44,148 nt of DNA from Candidatus Thorarchaeota archaeon (GCA_048884925.1 JBHLQK010000002.1:1-44148), one strand, 5' to 3'. Positions 9,633-19,980 are shown, numbered from the stretch's first letter. Translations and numbers: made by a program. The notes: a model not told the origin generated them from the letters alone.

Positions 9633-10772
9633 GTGAGAGGCAAGAGAAATTTGGGTGTTTCAATTGAGCTTCTAAAGTACCCCTTTTCAGTGGAAGCCAG
9701 GTCCGCCGTTCAGAGAATGGCTAATGATATAGGCTCTCTAATCACCATTCTAAAAGAACCTAGCAATAACGATTTAGTTGAAGAGGCCGAAGAACGAGTC
9801 TATGCAGCGATCACGCAATCAGAAATCAAGGTGCCTGAGATTGACCGTGATGAAGCTCTACTTGTATATCAGGCAGCCCGTCTGATTGTTGAAAAGGTAT
9901 GCCTCAATTTGAACCGTCCTGGTTTGCGGAGTATCCAAGCTGAGGCTGAATCAAAAGCTGTAAACAAACACCTGTCCACTGAGAGAGACAGAGTTGTACG
10001 GTCTCTATGTACCGATTCCCTTGGATGGCAGATAGAGTCTACTGGAACAACCATTGAAAGATCAAGACTTCCTCTCTCGCTTAGGAGCTTTGAATACCGA
10101 ATAAGATTCGAGGACTTCCTTGAGGTTGCTCCTAGCTTCAGAAGTATGCGATGGAAGCTAATCAACCGTCATCTCGATGCTGGTTGGGTTCCAGTCCGTA
10201 AATCCGAACTCCATAGACTAATGTCTGGAAAATTCAAGAAGCTTGTCATTCAGAGTGAAATTCGAGTTCCTACACTGCCAAGACGACTCACAGAAGCTGT
10301 CCAGCGTTTTGAAAGCGAGATGGAAACGAGGAGAAAGGAGCGCGAACCAACGGAGTACACAGAAGAGTCTGTGTCTGCGTTTCCACCCTGCATCACGCAA
10401 TTACATCAAGACTCAATCAACCAGAAGAACGTGCCGCATTTTGGAAGATTCGCAATGGCGGCGTTCTTTTTCAAAATAGGAATGGGAAAGGATGAGATGA
10501 TGAAGATCTTCAGGGCTGCACCTGACTTTATTCAGAGTCTTGCTAGTTACCAAATCGACCACATCAAGGGCAAAGAGTATGAGCCTCCAAAATGTAAGAC
10601 GATGCAGGATAGGGGGCTTTGTCCTGTGGTTCTTAGAACCACCTTTGATTCTCTCTGTATCTATATACTTCATCCCGTCCAATTCTATGAAACCCGAAGT
10701 TGGGAGAATTCTAAAGGAATCACAGACCACTCATGGTATGCACGCAAGCGTACTAGGCGTCAGAATTTCTAA
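9633..10772 (+). CDS. priL: DNA primase large subunit PriL
   Basis: N-terminal LLKYPFS motif. C-terminal Fe-S domain with FPPCITQL, HFGRFAMAAFFFKIGM, PPKCKTMQDRGLCP and SLCIY. GTG start at 9633; the exact start is uncertain. Confidence 0.85.
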   Translation: MRGKRNLGVSIELLKYPFSVEARSAVQRMANDIGSLITILKEPSNNDLVEEAEERVYAAITQSEIKVPEIDRDEALLVYQAARLIVEKVCLNLNRPGLRSIQAEAESKAVNKHLSTERDRVVRSLCTDSLGWQIESTGTTIERSRLPLSLRSFEYRIRFEDFLEVAPSFRSMRWKLINRHLDAGWVPVRKSELHRLMSGKFKKLVIQSEIRVPTLPRRLTEAVQRFESEMETRRKEREPTEYTEESVSAFPPCITQLHQDSINQKNVPHFGRFAMAAFFFKIGMGKDEMMKIFRAAPDFIQSLASYQIDHIKGKEYEPPKCKTMQDRGLCPVVLRTTFDSLCIYILHPVQFYETRSWENSKGITDHSWYARKRTRRQNF

Positions 10773-10776
10773 ACGC

Positions 10777-11622
10777 TTATCTTGCTGCTTTGATATCCTT
10801 TGACCTAGCGTAATTATAGAGATATTCCTGAGCATATCCTGCATATCTCCCAAAGTACTCTCTAGCCGCCCTTGACTTCCTTGTGTATGAATTGCCTGAT
10901 GATGTAAACATGTCATAGTGCTTTTGGATCACTCTCTCAATCCACACATCGATTGGGAACGCCTCTAGAAATCCAAGTGAGAAGAGGCAGACACAGTCCG
11001 CAACTTTGTTTCCAACTCCATGGAGGGTCTTTAGCTTGGTATGTGCCTTCTCATAATTGAGTTTCATGAGTTCTCCAGGGTTAACATCCCCGGACACGAT
11101 TGAAGCTGTGGCTCTGACTATGAACGAAGAACGCCACCCAAACATGAGATCTCGCAGATTCTTTTCACATGCTGCACTCAACTGCTCTGGAGTAGGGAAT
11201 CCGTAGTGAGTCTTTCCACGAAACTCATAACTCGGTCCGAAATTCTGTCTGAGGGAGTGCATACATCCATGCATCCTTGGAATATTGCTCTGTATTGACA
11301 AGATAAAGGAAATCAAGCATGGGAAGAATTCATCGGATACCAAACGAAGTCCTGGTGCAAATTCGATACTCTCTCTTATAATTGCATCTTTGGCAATCTC
11401 TTCTTGGATGTGAGTAAGAGGGTCATCTAATCTGAAGTATTTCCTGAGGTCCGCCTTTCTCTCTGATGATTCATAGCAGAGCTCGTCGCCATGTTGTTCT
11501 ACATATATCACCTGACCTACGTCGGCATTTATGTATCCCTCTCCTTCTCTGATCCAACTAAATGTTTGACCGCATTCAATTGTATCCACTAGGCTGAAGT
11601 TTGCTGTTTTGATGGTCCGCAT
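10777..11622 (-). CDS. ogg: 8-oxoguanine DNA glycosylase / HhH-GPD N-glycosylase-DNA lyase
   Basis: OGG_N-like N-terminus (FSLVDTIECGQTFSW) and HhH-GPD motif LKTLHGVGNKVADCVCLFSLG...FPIDVW. ATG at 11622. Confidence 0.8.
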   Translation of the reverse strand: MRTIKTANFSLVDTIECGQTFSWIREGEGYINADVGQVIYVEQHGDELCYESSERKADLRKYFRLDDPLTHIQEEIAKDAIIRESIEFAPGLRLVSDEFFPCLISFILSIQSNIPRMHGCMHSLRQNFGPSYEFRGKTHYGFPTPEQLSAACEKNLRDLMFGWRSSFIVRATASIVSGDVNPGELMKLNYEKAHTKLKTLHGVGNKVADCVCLFSLGFLEAFPIDVWIERVIQKHYDMFTSSGNSYTRKSRAAREYFGRYAGYAQEYLYNYARSKDIKAAR

Positions 11623-11676
11623 CACGACTTCGTGGACAGAAATCAATGAAGAGTATTTTGATTGCGTATTATCTTG

Positions 11677-12174
11677 TCAGAGGTCGACTTCCATTAGGTC
11701 TACTGAAGCGGTTTCAATCAGGTCGACAAGCTCAGATATCTGTTCATTAGTATAGCTCGAAATTATTTGCCCCTCAAGATCAATTGGAGACTCTTTCCAA
11801 GCGTATATTGCCAAAACTCCGTCTGGTAATTCTTTTGGCGATTTCTCATCGCCTATACACCATATCTTAGGAATGTTCTTCTCCTTCATTCCCTCGATTA
11901 TTAGCAAATCGCTTTGAATCCATGAAATGATCTCTCTCAGACTTGAAGGTCTCTTCGATCGGATGGTTATAGATTCAGGTCCCACCAGTATGGTAGTCTG
12001 GGCACCAGACATTCTATGCCTTGCTGTGTCTGTTCCTTCTTTATCCGCAATTTCCTCGTTCGTGCTCTTGATCGTTGAAACCGAGTACCCTCTTCTCGTA
12101 AGCTCTCTGATGAGTGCCTCAATTAGCATTGTCTTACCTGTACCTGAGTAGCCCGCAATTGCAAAGACTCGCAT
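11677..12174 (-). CDS. mobB: molybdopterin-guanine dinucleotide biosynthesis adaptor MobB-like P-loop protein
   Basis: P-loop AGYSGTGKTMLIEALIREL..RGY.VSTIK, and a length typical of MobB. Confidence 0.75.
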   Translation of the reverse strand: MRVFAIAGYSGTGKTMLIEALIRELTRRGYSVSTIKSTNEEIADKEGTDTARHRMSGAQTTILVGPESITIRSKRPSSLREIISWIQSDLLIIEGMKEKNIPKIWCIGDEKSPKELPDGVLAIYAWKESPIDLEGQIISSYTNEQISELVDLIETASVDLMEVDL

Positions 12175-12271
12175 GAGACCTCTTCCATGGACCAGCTGCT
12201 ATTCTGTCTTCTTATTCGGACGCTTATCCAGAATTTCATTAGAAAAGAAATGCTCGAAGCACTCTCCTTAA

Positions 12272-13093
12272 ATGGACTTAGTAAGCCTTCAGGCAGTTGG
12301 TGACATGCCATTGGGTGCCGACAACCACGTCGCAGTTGAATGCATAGATGTCCATAGGAATTTCCAGGATGGTTCACGCGTCATCCGTGTGCTCCAGGGG
12401 ACCAATCTCAAAGTCCATAGTGGAGAATTTGTAGCTGTTGTGGGCGCCTCAGGATCGGGCAAGACAACGCTCCTGAATCTAATCGGAGGCCTTGACCGAC
12501 CTACATCTGGCCAGATTCTAGTTGATGGAACCGATATTACTGCCCTCGATGATGAAGGGATCTCAGCTGTTAGAAGGCACAAGGTAGGCGTGCTTTTCCA
12601 AGACCAATTCCTCCTGCCTATATTTACTGCGCTGGAGAACGTTGAGGTTCCAATGCTACTTGATAACATTCCAACTGGTGAACGTCAAGAGAGAGCGATG
12701 AAGCTACTGGAAGTAGTGGGTATAGACCATCGTGCTCAGCATATGCCTCATGAGCTATCCGGTGGAATGCGCTCTCGTGTCGCCCTGGCACGCGCCCTCG
12801 CAAACGACCCTGCTGTTCTTCTATGTGACGAACCGACAGGTGACCTCGATCACACCACTGGTGGAGAAATCATTCTACTCATGAAACGCCTAGCAAAAGT
12901 AGACGGCAGGGCAATCATAGTTGTCACCCATGACCCTGAAGTTGCTAAGATGACTGACAAGATTCTACTCCTAAGAGATGGTGTCCTAGTAGAAGAGCTG
13001 ATCACCGACTTCTTCAAGCCCAGTGGCATAGACATCGAAAAGGCTCGTGCGAAGTTTCAGGCTGATGAGAAGGCCTCCTCTATTCGGGAGTGA
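12272..13093 (+). CDS. ABC transporter ATP-binding protein (MacB/LolD-type)
   Basis: Walker A GASGSGKTT, signature LSGGMRSRV, Walker B LLCDEPTGDLD, H-loop VTHD. Its stop overlaps the GTG start of the next gene (GTGA). Confidence 0.9.
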   Translation: MDLVSLQAVGDMPLGADNHVAVECIDVHRNFQDGSRVIRVLQGTNLKVHSGEFVAVVGASGSGKTTLLNLIGGLDRPTSGQILVDGTDITALDDEGISAVRRHKVGVLFQDQFLLPIFTALENVEVPMLLDNIPTGERQERAMKLLEVVGIDHRAQHMPHELSGGMRSRVALARALANDPAVLLCDEPTGDLDHTTGGEIILLMKRLAKVDGRAIIVVTHDPEVAKMTDKILLLRDGVLVEELITDFFKPSGIDIEKARAKFQADEKASSIRE

Positions 13094-16014
13094 CTTATGT
13101 GGGAAAATCAGTGAGTTCTGTGACGTTCACTCCTAGGAGTCGGCTCTACCCGCTGTCATATGCTCTGAGTGCAATGAAGGCCAATCCTTTCCGAGCACTG
13201 AGTCTGGCTCTAACCCTTGGTCTGGGAATCAGCTTACTCACGTCAAATATCGTCTGGGCTGACACGGGTGTGCAGGTCAGTGTAGATAATTACCTAGAGA
13301 ATAATCCATTCCAGTTACTTATCAAGACATATACTGATAATGATGATCAGGGGTCTTTAGCTTATGACTACCTTCAGAATGATCCTCTAGTTGACGCCGT
13401 GATGAGGATTGACTCGACTTTGGGATTTCTCTGGGGAACTGATTACCCAGATGACTTTGAATATGATATTGATGACTCTCAGTACTCCGCAGGTGTAAAG
13501 GAAGGCCGTGTTATCCTCGTTAGCAACGAGTTTCTCAATCTTTCTTCAATGGATTTTGAGTATGAGGGCACGTTCAGCCTCAATCATGGCGAAGTTCTCG
13601 TATCAAGTCAGTTTGTTATCTATACCGAGGAAGTATTCAATGTGACCTTAGGCATAGGCGATGAGATAGATTTGGAGATTCTTGGTAGGGACGGCCCAAA
13701 CCCTTCCGATCCAGACTATGTCTTCCAGAATCCTCTCGAAATAGGAAACATGGAACGATACAGCATCGAGAATGTTAGAATCGCAGGCATCTATCATCCT
13801 AGGGGTTACTCAAGCCTAACCGAAAGAGCATTTCCATCGTATATGCGCGCCAGCTGGAACTATACCAACACAAGATTCCCTATCTTAGGCCTAAGGGACA
13901 GCGTGATGATTCTCGAAAGCTCCCTTCCAGCAGGTTTCATAGACCCGGATGGATGGTTTCCCGCCCACAGTCTGGTACGAGTAGCGAGAGATACTCTTCT
14001 CGAAAATGACCCAAGCACGATCTCTGAGAGAATAAGGACTCTTGCCACGCGAATTGAAGAGCAGTACTATGTCGAGGCCACCGGATTTGATCAAAGTAAC
14101 TATCTACAATGGGTTGTTAACTCATATCTCAATTCGGTATCATATTCCATTCTCAATCTACCGATATTTCTGCTCTCATTGGTGCTGTCTATATTCGCTG
14201 CAGACACCTTCATGGCACCTAGGGCTACTGAGGTTGGAGTGCTTCGGTCAAAGGGGGCAAGTACGAGTCAAATCTATGGAATATTCCTTTGGGAATCATT
14301 CTTCCTAGCGCTGCTAAGTCTAATTCTTGGAGTTGTTTTGGCTACCATTTTTGCCGCACTTATCCCTGCAACTACAAGCTTCATGGCATTTGATTGGTCC
14401 GTATATGGGTTCTATCTGCTTAATTCCGTCATAAAAATCGATACTCTACTCACTGCCATTCTTTTGTGCATCATTCCTCCCATGCTCTTCATCTTATATC
14501 TGGCAAAGAAAGCAGCCAGCGCAGAGATTGGCTCCATGATGGAGGAATCTGCTGAGAAGCTAGCACCTGAAGAGGGGGCTTATGGATTCACTCTGGGTAT
14601 GTCTATTATCCTCCTATCTATCGTTGTTGCGGCAGCCATCTTCTTCCCAAGGAATCCAACAATTCTGCTGCTTGAACTAGTCCTTGCAACCGCAGCATGG
14701 TTCTTCGTAGCCTACAACGGTTCCCGAGTTTCACGTGTGGGGCTTGCAGGTGTGTCCTCTAGGCTTTCCTTCCTGCTGGGTCAGAAGAACCGCATTGCAG
14801 CCGCTTATCTTCGAATGCGGAGAGGAAGAATAGTCCCGTTGATGCTTGTGCTTGCACTCACGTTATCAACAACCATATCTTTCTCTGTCCAAGCTGAGAG
14901 TCTTCGCACTGACCTTGAACGTGAGGTGAACTATGCCGTTGGTGCAGACCTGAGACTCGAAACTGACTCTCTTCCAATCGCTTTCGGCGAAACACTCGAA
15001 GCATACAGCCAGGTTTCAGATGTGACTCCTGTATATCGAGCCCTCGGGAGAGTGGGCATCGATAAGTTGTCAGTGACAGCTCTCAATATTTCCGAATATT
15101 CCTTGGTAGGTCATTTTGATGAAACCAGTTTTCCCAGCGGCAACGCGGCTGAGGTTCTCGCCGCGCTTGGCAATCTAGACAATGGCATTGTCATAAGCCC
15201 ATATCACGCTCAGCGATGGAACAAGACCATTGGTGACCTTTTGCGTGTGGAAGTCAGCGGAATAGGGATTACTAGGGAGATATTCTTCAATATTACCGGG
15301 TTAGTAAACACGGCACCCGGCTTTGGCTATTCGTGGATTGGGAACATCCCTCCCTCTGGTCTTGGAGCTGGATTTGGTTTTCAGTCTGGCTATGAGGGGT
15401 TCGTACTCACTAATATCGACTTTGTGACAACGCAGCTTGGAAAGTCGGAAACTGATCTGTTCATGGCGAGTTTGAATGATGCAGCTGATGTTAGTGCGTT
15501 TATTGAAATTCTGGCTAGCCAAACTGGCGCAAGGGTATTCACTCCTGAAACATTCGACCTCAAGGCTTACTCGTATGGCACTGCATTGTTTCTGAATACA
15601 ATTGAAGGTCTCTTTTCCATAGGATTTGTTATGGGGCTCATCATGAGTCTCTTTGCGCTCTCGCTATTCTTGGGTTCAGTTGTACGAGAACGCAGGAAGG
15701 AATACGCAGTCCTTCGTGCACTTGGAGGATCCAGAAGGCAAATAGTGAGTATGGTGTTTTCTGAGTTCTCTGGAGTCGTTTTGTCTTCTCTGGTGGTCAG
15801 TCTAATCTTGGGGGCTGTGCTGGCCTATGTCAATGGCTTCTTTCTATTCCAAATGAGTCCATTTTCCAGAACTCTGGCAGCTACGATTACTGTACCCATG
15901 AACTTCTTGCTCACTGTGCTAGCCATTCAGATTATTGCTATGATTATTGGGGCGTATATTCCCGCTAGAGAGGCGGGAAGAACCGATCCTGCCATTGTGT
16001 TGAGAAATCTGTGA
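13090..16014 (+). CDS. large FtsX-family ABC permease with two FtsX domains and two extracytoplasmic domains
   Basis: N-terminal YALSAMKANPFRALSLALTLGLGI, internal GVLRSKGAS, and C-terminal YAVLRALGGSRRQI...IPAREAGRTDPAIVLRNL are all FtsX hallmarks. Start is one of the in-frame GTGs (13090 or 13099). Confidence 0.85.
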   Translation: MTYVGKSVSSVTFTPRSRLYPLSYALSAMKANPFRALSLALTLGLGISLLTSNIVWADTGVQVSVDNYLENNPFQLLIKTYTDNDDQGSLAYDYLQNDPLVDAVMRIDSTLGFLWGTDYPDDFEYDIDDSQYSAGVKEGRVILVSNEFLNLSSMDFEYEGTFSLNHGEVLVSSQFVIYTEEVFNVTLGIGDEIDLEILGRDGPNPSDPDYVFQNPLEIGNMERYSIENVRIAGIYHPRGYSSLTERAFPSYMRASWNYTNTRFPILGLRDSVMILESSLPAGFIDPDGWFPAHSLVRVARDTLLENDPSTISERIRTLATRIEEQYYVEATGFDQSNYLQWVVNSYLNSVSYSILNLPIFLLSLVLSIFAADTFMAPRATEVGVLRSKGASTSQIYGIFLWESFFLALLSLILGVVLATIFAALIPATTSFMAFDWSVYGFYLLNSVIKIDTLLTAILLCIIPPMLFILYLAKKAASAEIGSMMEESAEKLAPEEGAYGFTLGMSIILLSIVVAAAIFFPRNPTILLLELVLATAAWFFVAYNGSRVSRVGLAGVSSRLSFLLGQKNRIAAAYLRMRRGRIVPLMLVLALTLSTTISFSVQAESLRTDLEREVNYAVGADLRLETDSLPIAFGETLEAYSQVSDVTPVYRALGRVGIDKLSVTALNISEYSLVGHFDETSFPSGNAAEVLAALGNLDNGIVISPYHAQRWNKTIGDLLRVEVSGIGITREIFFNITGLVNTAPGFGYSWIGNIPPSGLGAGFGFQSGYEGFVLTNIDFVTTQLGKSETDLFMASLNDAADVSAFIEILASQTGARVFTPETFDLKAYSYGTALFLNTIEGLFSIGFVMGLIMSLFALSLFLGSVVRERRKEYAVLRALGGSRRQIVSMVFSEFSGVVLSSLVVSLILGAVLAYVNGFFLFQMSPFSRTLAATITVPMNFLLTVLAIQIIAMIIGAYIPAREAGRTDPAIVLRNL

Positions 16015-16020
16015 GGTGAT

Positions 16021-18927
16021 ATGATGGTCGACCAACGACAGTTCATGAAGGGAAACATCTGGTGGGCTCCATCATATGCACTCACTTCGCTGAAGACCCA
16101 TAAGGTTCGGAACATTGGTATTGCACTGGTATTAGCTGTGAGCATCTCCATTCCCACGACCGTCTTCATTTGGACTGGTACGGGGTCTCTCATCGCAGTT
16201 GAGGAGTATTTTGATCATAATTCCTATCAAATCAACATGCAAGTCCAATCTGCACAAGTGGACTATTCCAGCCTACTCGAGGCAAGGGATTTTGCCTTGG
16301 AAAGTGGTTTTACAGAATACACGCATGTCATCCCTTCATCGATATGCATTCTGCAGGGCAATTGGTCGGACTGGCTCGAGTACAACATGTATTATCCCAA
16401 CTATTACGCGGGAATTAAGGATGGAAGAATCATCCTGGCCAACAACGAGGTCCTTGACACTCTCTCGAAAGAGGTTGAGTGGGAAGGGAAGCTACAGCTA
16501 GAACGCGGAGAGGTTGTCGTGTCGCAGAAATTCGTACAATCTGCATACGACGTTCATGGTGTTGAGATCACGCTGGGTAGCTTCATCGATATCGACCTTT
16601 TACGCTTCGGTGCTGTACAAAGCCCTAAAGACGATGACTGGGGGACTCCTGAAGAATTGGGTCGAACTAGACTAAATAGCCTCCAAGTTGTTGGCATATA
16701 CAATATCGTTACAGCATCCTTGGTCCTCCAATCTTTCCCCTCCATAATGCGTCAGAACTGGGGCTCAATCGGCGGTGCTGAACCGGTATTAGGAATCAAC
16801 AATGCAGTGATAATGCTGGATGAGCAAGTTGATGAACAGACTGTCAATGATGTTCTGACTAAAGGCTATTTCTCACCAGCTGGTCTCATTCGGGCATCAC
16901 GCGAGGGTCTAGCTGCAGCTGGCGTCATGCAAGTCGTAACCAATCTGCAGAACCTCAAGGTACAGATACAGGAGAGATTTCCACTCCTCCAGGTAATTGG
17001 ACTAGAGGCTATTACAGAGCTTGAATTTCATATAGCGATATATATCCAAAGTCAAGTGCTAATACTGCTTGGACTGCCAGTCATTATCATGGGACTCATG
17101 CTCACGGTCTTCACCTCAGAGACCTCGATATCGTATAGACGTGGAGAGATCAGTTCACTCAGAGCAAAGGGAGCATCCTTCAACCAGATTTTCTCTGCAG
17201 TTATATGGGAGTCTGTAGCTCTAGCGATCCTAGGACTAGGCATTGGTTTCTTGATGGCCTTCCTAATGGCGCCCCTGATGGGCTCGTCAGTAGGTTTGCT
17301 TGCTTTCGACATTGATTTGTATACGCTCTACTTCAGCAAAGCATACATCTCTCTGCAAGCTATAGCCCTGGCAGTAGCGATTGCAATGTATCTGCCATCG
17401 TCGTACCTTTTGCACGTTTCTAGAAGAATTGATGTTTCTGAAGTAGGCCAGCCTACCTCGAGAAATGAGTATGAAACTGCTGAGGAAACCAGTCCTTGGT
17501 TTTATTGGGTTGGTCTTGGTCTTGCGCTATCGATACTGGCAATCATGCCAATATTGATTACACCAGCAGGTTCTGTTGCTATACTTGAAGTTCTAGTGGC
17601 CACCCTTCTGCTCTTCATTGCAGCTTATCTAGGCTCAAGAGGAATGCGTTTGGCGACGGCTTATGTTTCTGGAAGGAGTCAACGACTTCTTGGAGAGAAG
17701 AGCCTCTACCTTAAACAGAGTCTCCGAAGACGGAAAGGCCAGTTCGTTCCTCTCATGATTATCCTGACACTTACACTGACAACGACGACAATGACTCTGA
17801 TTCAGACACAGAGTTTTGAAACAACCATGAATCATGAGATCCAGTATTCAATCGGTGCTGATATGAGAGTTGAATCATATGGTTTGACACCTGAAGAAGT
17901 GTCGTCTTTCTTCGGCTACTCTGGAGTCTTAGATGTTGCACCTGTAATAGAAACCACAGCTTCAGTGGCCGACAGTCTTTTCCTCCTAGAAGGAATAGAA
18001 GCATCCAGCTATCTCGAAGTTGGTCTTTTTACTACTGAGAGCTTCCTCAGCGGGACTCCCAATCAAGTTCTCACTGCTCTCGACTCAACACCCAATGGCA
18101 TAGTGATCAGTGACTACTTTGCAGCGCTGTGGGAGAAGGATGTCGGACAGACCATCACAGCAAGTGTAGGAACGGTAAATACGAGCACTACGCAGGAGTT
18201 CCTAATTGTTGGGATTATGAGAAGCGCACCCGGTTTCGGCATAGCATCAAGGTATGGGTTTGCAGGTACGCCTTTCGGATCATATTTCGGATTTCAAGTG
18301 GCCAGCACCGGCGGGTTCAGTCTTGTGAACCTTGATTTCCTTACTTCTATTACATATATCGAGAACGCCCATCTTGTCTTCTTGGAGATAACCGACTATG
18401 AAACAGTGATACCCCTTGTCGCTGATATTGAGTTGGAAAAGAACAATCATGTCTATACTCTTGAGAATCTAGACATAATGCAGATTCCCAGACTGAGTAC
18501 ATTTCTGACAGGTCTTCAGGGGCTCACCATGATTTCCTATATCCTATGTGCAGTCATGGGAATATTCGCCATTATCCTGTTTCTTGGATCGGCTGTGAGC
18601 GAGAGGGAGTCTGAATATGCGGTTTTCAGAGCCCTTGGTGGAACAAAGAAACAGGTTGTGGCTATGGTCTTTGGTGAGTTCGCAGGGATAGTCTTCGCTG
18701 CAATTCTGATAAGTTTCCTGCTCGGTCTCATCTTTGGATTCGAAATGATAGCTTTGACGTTTGGCATATACTCGATATCTCCTATTCTCCCTGGGGTCCT
18801 TGCAATTCCTGTTACTGTTATGGTACTCACTATTGCACTTGAAACTGTGGCAATGATAGTGGCCTGTTATATTCCTGCACGGAGAGCTGGAGCGACAGAC
18901 CCTGCGGCAGCATTGAGAAACTTATGA
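16021..18927 (+). CDS. large FtsX-family ABC permease, paralogue of the upstream gene
   Basis: Same architecture (YALTSLKTHKVRNIG; ISSLRAKGAS; YAVFRALGGTKKQV...IPARRAGATDPAAALRNL). Strong SD GAGGTGAT at 16013-16020 immediately 5' of the ATG. Confidence 0.85.
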   Translation: MMVDQRQFMKGNIWWAPSYALTSLKTHKVRNIGIALVLAVSISIPTTVFIWTGTGSLIAVEEYFDHNSYQINMQVQSAQVDYSSLLEARDFALESGFTEYTHVIPSSICILQGNWSDWLEYNMYYPNYYAGIKDGRIILANNEVLDTLSKEVEWEGKLQLERGEVVVSQKFVQSAYDVHGVEITLGSFIDIDLLRFGAVQSPKDDDWGTPEELGRTRLNSLQVVGIYNIVTASLVLQSFPSIMRQNWGSIGGAEPVLGINNAVIMLDEQVDEQTVNDVLTKGYFSPAGLIRASREGLAAAGVMQVVTNLQNLKVQIQERFPLLQVIGLEAITELEFHIAIYIQSQVLILLGLPVIIMGLMLTVFTSETSISYRRGEISSLRAKGASFNQIFSAVIWESVALAILGLGIGFLMAFLMAPLMGSSVGLLAFDIDLYTLYFSKAYISLQAIALAVAIAMYLPSSYLLHVSRRIDVSEVGQPTSRNEYETAEETSPWFYWVGLGLALSILAIMPILITPAGSVAILEVLVATLLLFIAAYLGSRGMRLATAYVSGRSQRLLGEKSLYLKQSLRRRKGQFVPLMIILTLTLTTTTMTLIQTQSFETTMNHEIQYSIGADMRVESYGLTPEEVSSFFGYSGVLDVAPVIETTASVADSLFLLEGIEASSYLEVGLFTTESFLSGTPNQVLTALDSTPNGIVISDYFAALWEKDVGQTITASVGTVNTSTTQEFLIVGIMRSAPGFGIASRYGFAGTPFGSYFGFQVASTGGFSLVNLDFLTSITYIENAHLVFLEITDYETVIPLVADIELEKNNHVYTLENLDIMQIPRLSTFLTGLQGLTMISYILCAVMGIFAIILFLGSAVSERESEYAVFRALGGTKKQVVAMVFGEFAGIVFAAILISFLLGLIFGFEMIALTFGIYSISPILPGVLAIPVTVMVLTIALETVAMIVACYIPARRAGATDPAAALRNL

Positions 18928-19973
18928 GGCGAATAAGAATGGTGACAACAACTCACGGAACGGCTGATGAACATGACCTATATGGCGACATGGCTGATGA
19001 TGTTGTGGTAAGTCTACACAACTGCTACAAGATCTATAAGACTAATGAGCTTGAGGTAGTCGCTCTGAGTGGAGTATCTCTTCAGATTCTCGAGGGCAAG
19101 ATCATGGCCGTGGTCGGTCCCAGTGGGTCTGGAAAGACAACACTAGTCAATGTTCTAGGCGGAATCACAAAGGCTACTGTTGGAAAGGTCTACTGGGCTA
19201 ACCTACATACTGATATCACGAAGCTAAGTGAACGCGTCCTCACTGAAGCCCGTCGGGCGTGGATGGGTTTTGTGTTCCAGCTTGGGAATCTATTGCCTCA
19301 CCTCAATGCATGGCAAAATGTGGAACTTGCAGCACGCATCGCGGGGGTGCCGCGAAGGGTACGAAAAGACCGTGTTGACCGACTCATCAAGATTGTAGGT
19401 CTTGATGAAAGGCGACGGAACAAGGCTACAACACTAAGTGGTGGTGAGAGAGCTCGTGTAGCGATAGCGAGTGCCCTAGTAAACCTGATTGACACTGAAG
19501 GGCGCGGCATTGTGCTTTGTGACGAACCGACTGGTGATTTAGATCCAGAAACTGGCGAAAGAATTCTCGATCTATTTCAGGAATTGAATGAAACACTTGG
19601 GACATCATTCTTCATAGTGACACACAGTCAACAGGTTGCCTCAAAGGCAGATGTCACCGTTGAGATTCGGGATGGCGTCATCTCTGGTTTCCATCAAAAT
19701 GGGGTTGACTTAGACATGATGGGTGATACCAGAATTCTGCGGCTTGACGACAAATACAGACTACCTATGCCAACAGACCTGCTTGAATTGGCAGGCAATC
19801 CTAAGGAGTTCAGAATTAGCTACACTGACAACAGATTCATCCTGCAGCCGCAGACAGGTGAAGTCGTCGATAGTATCCGAACAAGAAGGACCCGCGACTG
19901 TCGTGTCTGTGGTACCGAGATTCCACCTGGTAAATTCATATGTCCAAATTGTGGTAGTCAAGTATCAGTGTAG
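18924..19973 (+). CDS. ABC transporter ATP-binding protein with C-terminal AbrB/SpoVT-like segment and zinc ribbon
   Basis: Walker A GPSGSGKTT, LSGGERARV, Walker B VLCDEPTGDLD, VTHS. The C-terminal 90 aa contain RILRLDDKYRLPMPTDLLELAGNPKEFRISYTDNRFILQP and CRVCGTEIPPGKFICPNCG. ATG overlaps the upstream stop (ATGA). Confidence 0.85.
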   Translation: MRRIRMVTTTHGTADEHDLYGDMADDVVVSLHNCYKIYKTNELEVVALSGVSLQILEGKIMAVVGPSGSGKTTLVNVLGGITKATVGKVYWANLHTDITKLSERVLTEARRAWMGFVFQLGNLLPHLNAWQNVELAARIAGVPRRVRKDRVDRLIKIVGLDERRRNKATTLSGGERARVAIASALVNLIDTEGRGIVLCDEPTGDLDPETGERILDLFQELNETLGTSFFIVTHSQQVASKADVTVEIRDGVISGFHQNGVDLDMMGDTRILRLDDKYRLPMPTDLLELAGNPKEFRISYTDNRFILQPQTGEVVDSIRTRRTRDCRVCGTEIPPGKFICPNCGSQVSV

Positions 19974-19980
19974 TGCCCCG

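Noticed and set aside
12289-12669. Long antisense or alternate-frame ORFs (also 2814-3218, 6338-6739, 20687-21052, 28135-28551, 31178-31660)
   Set aside because: Each lies entirely within, or opposite, a gene with strong family motifs. Their translations are low complexity (Ser/Pro/Arg-rich), which is typical of shadow ORFs.
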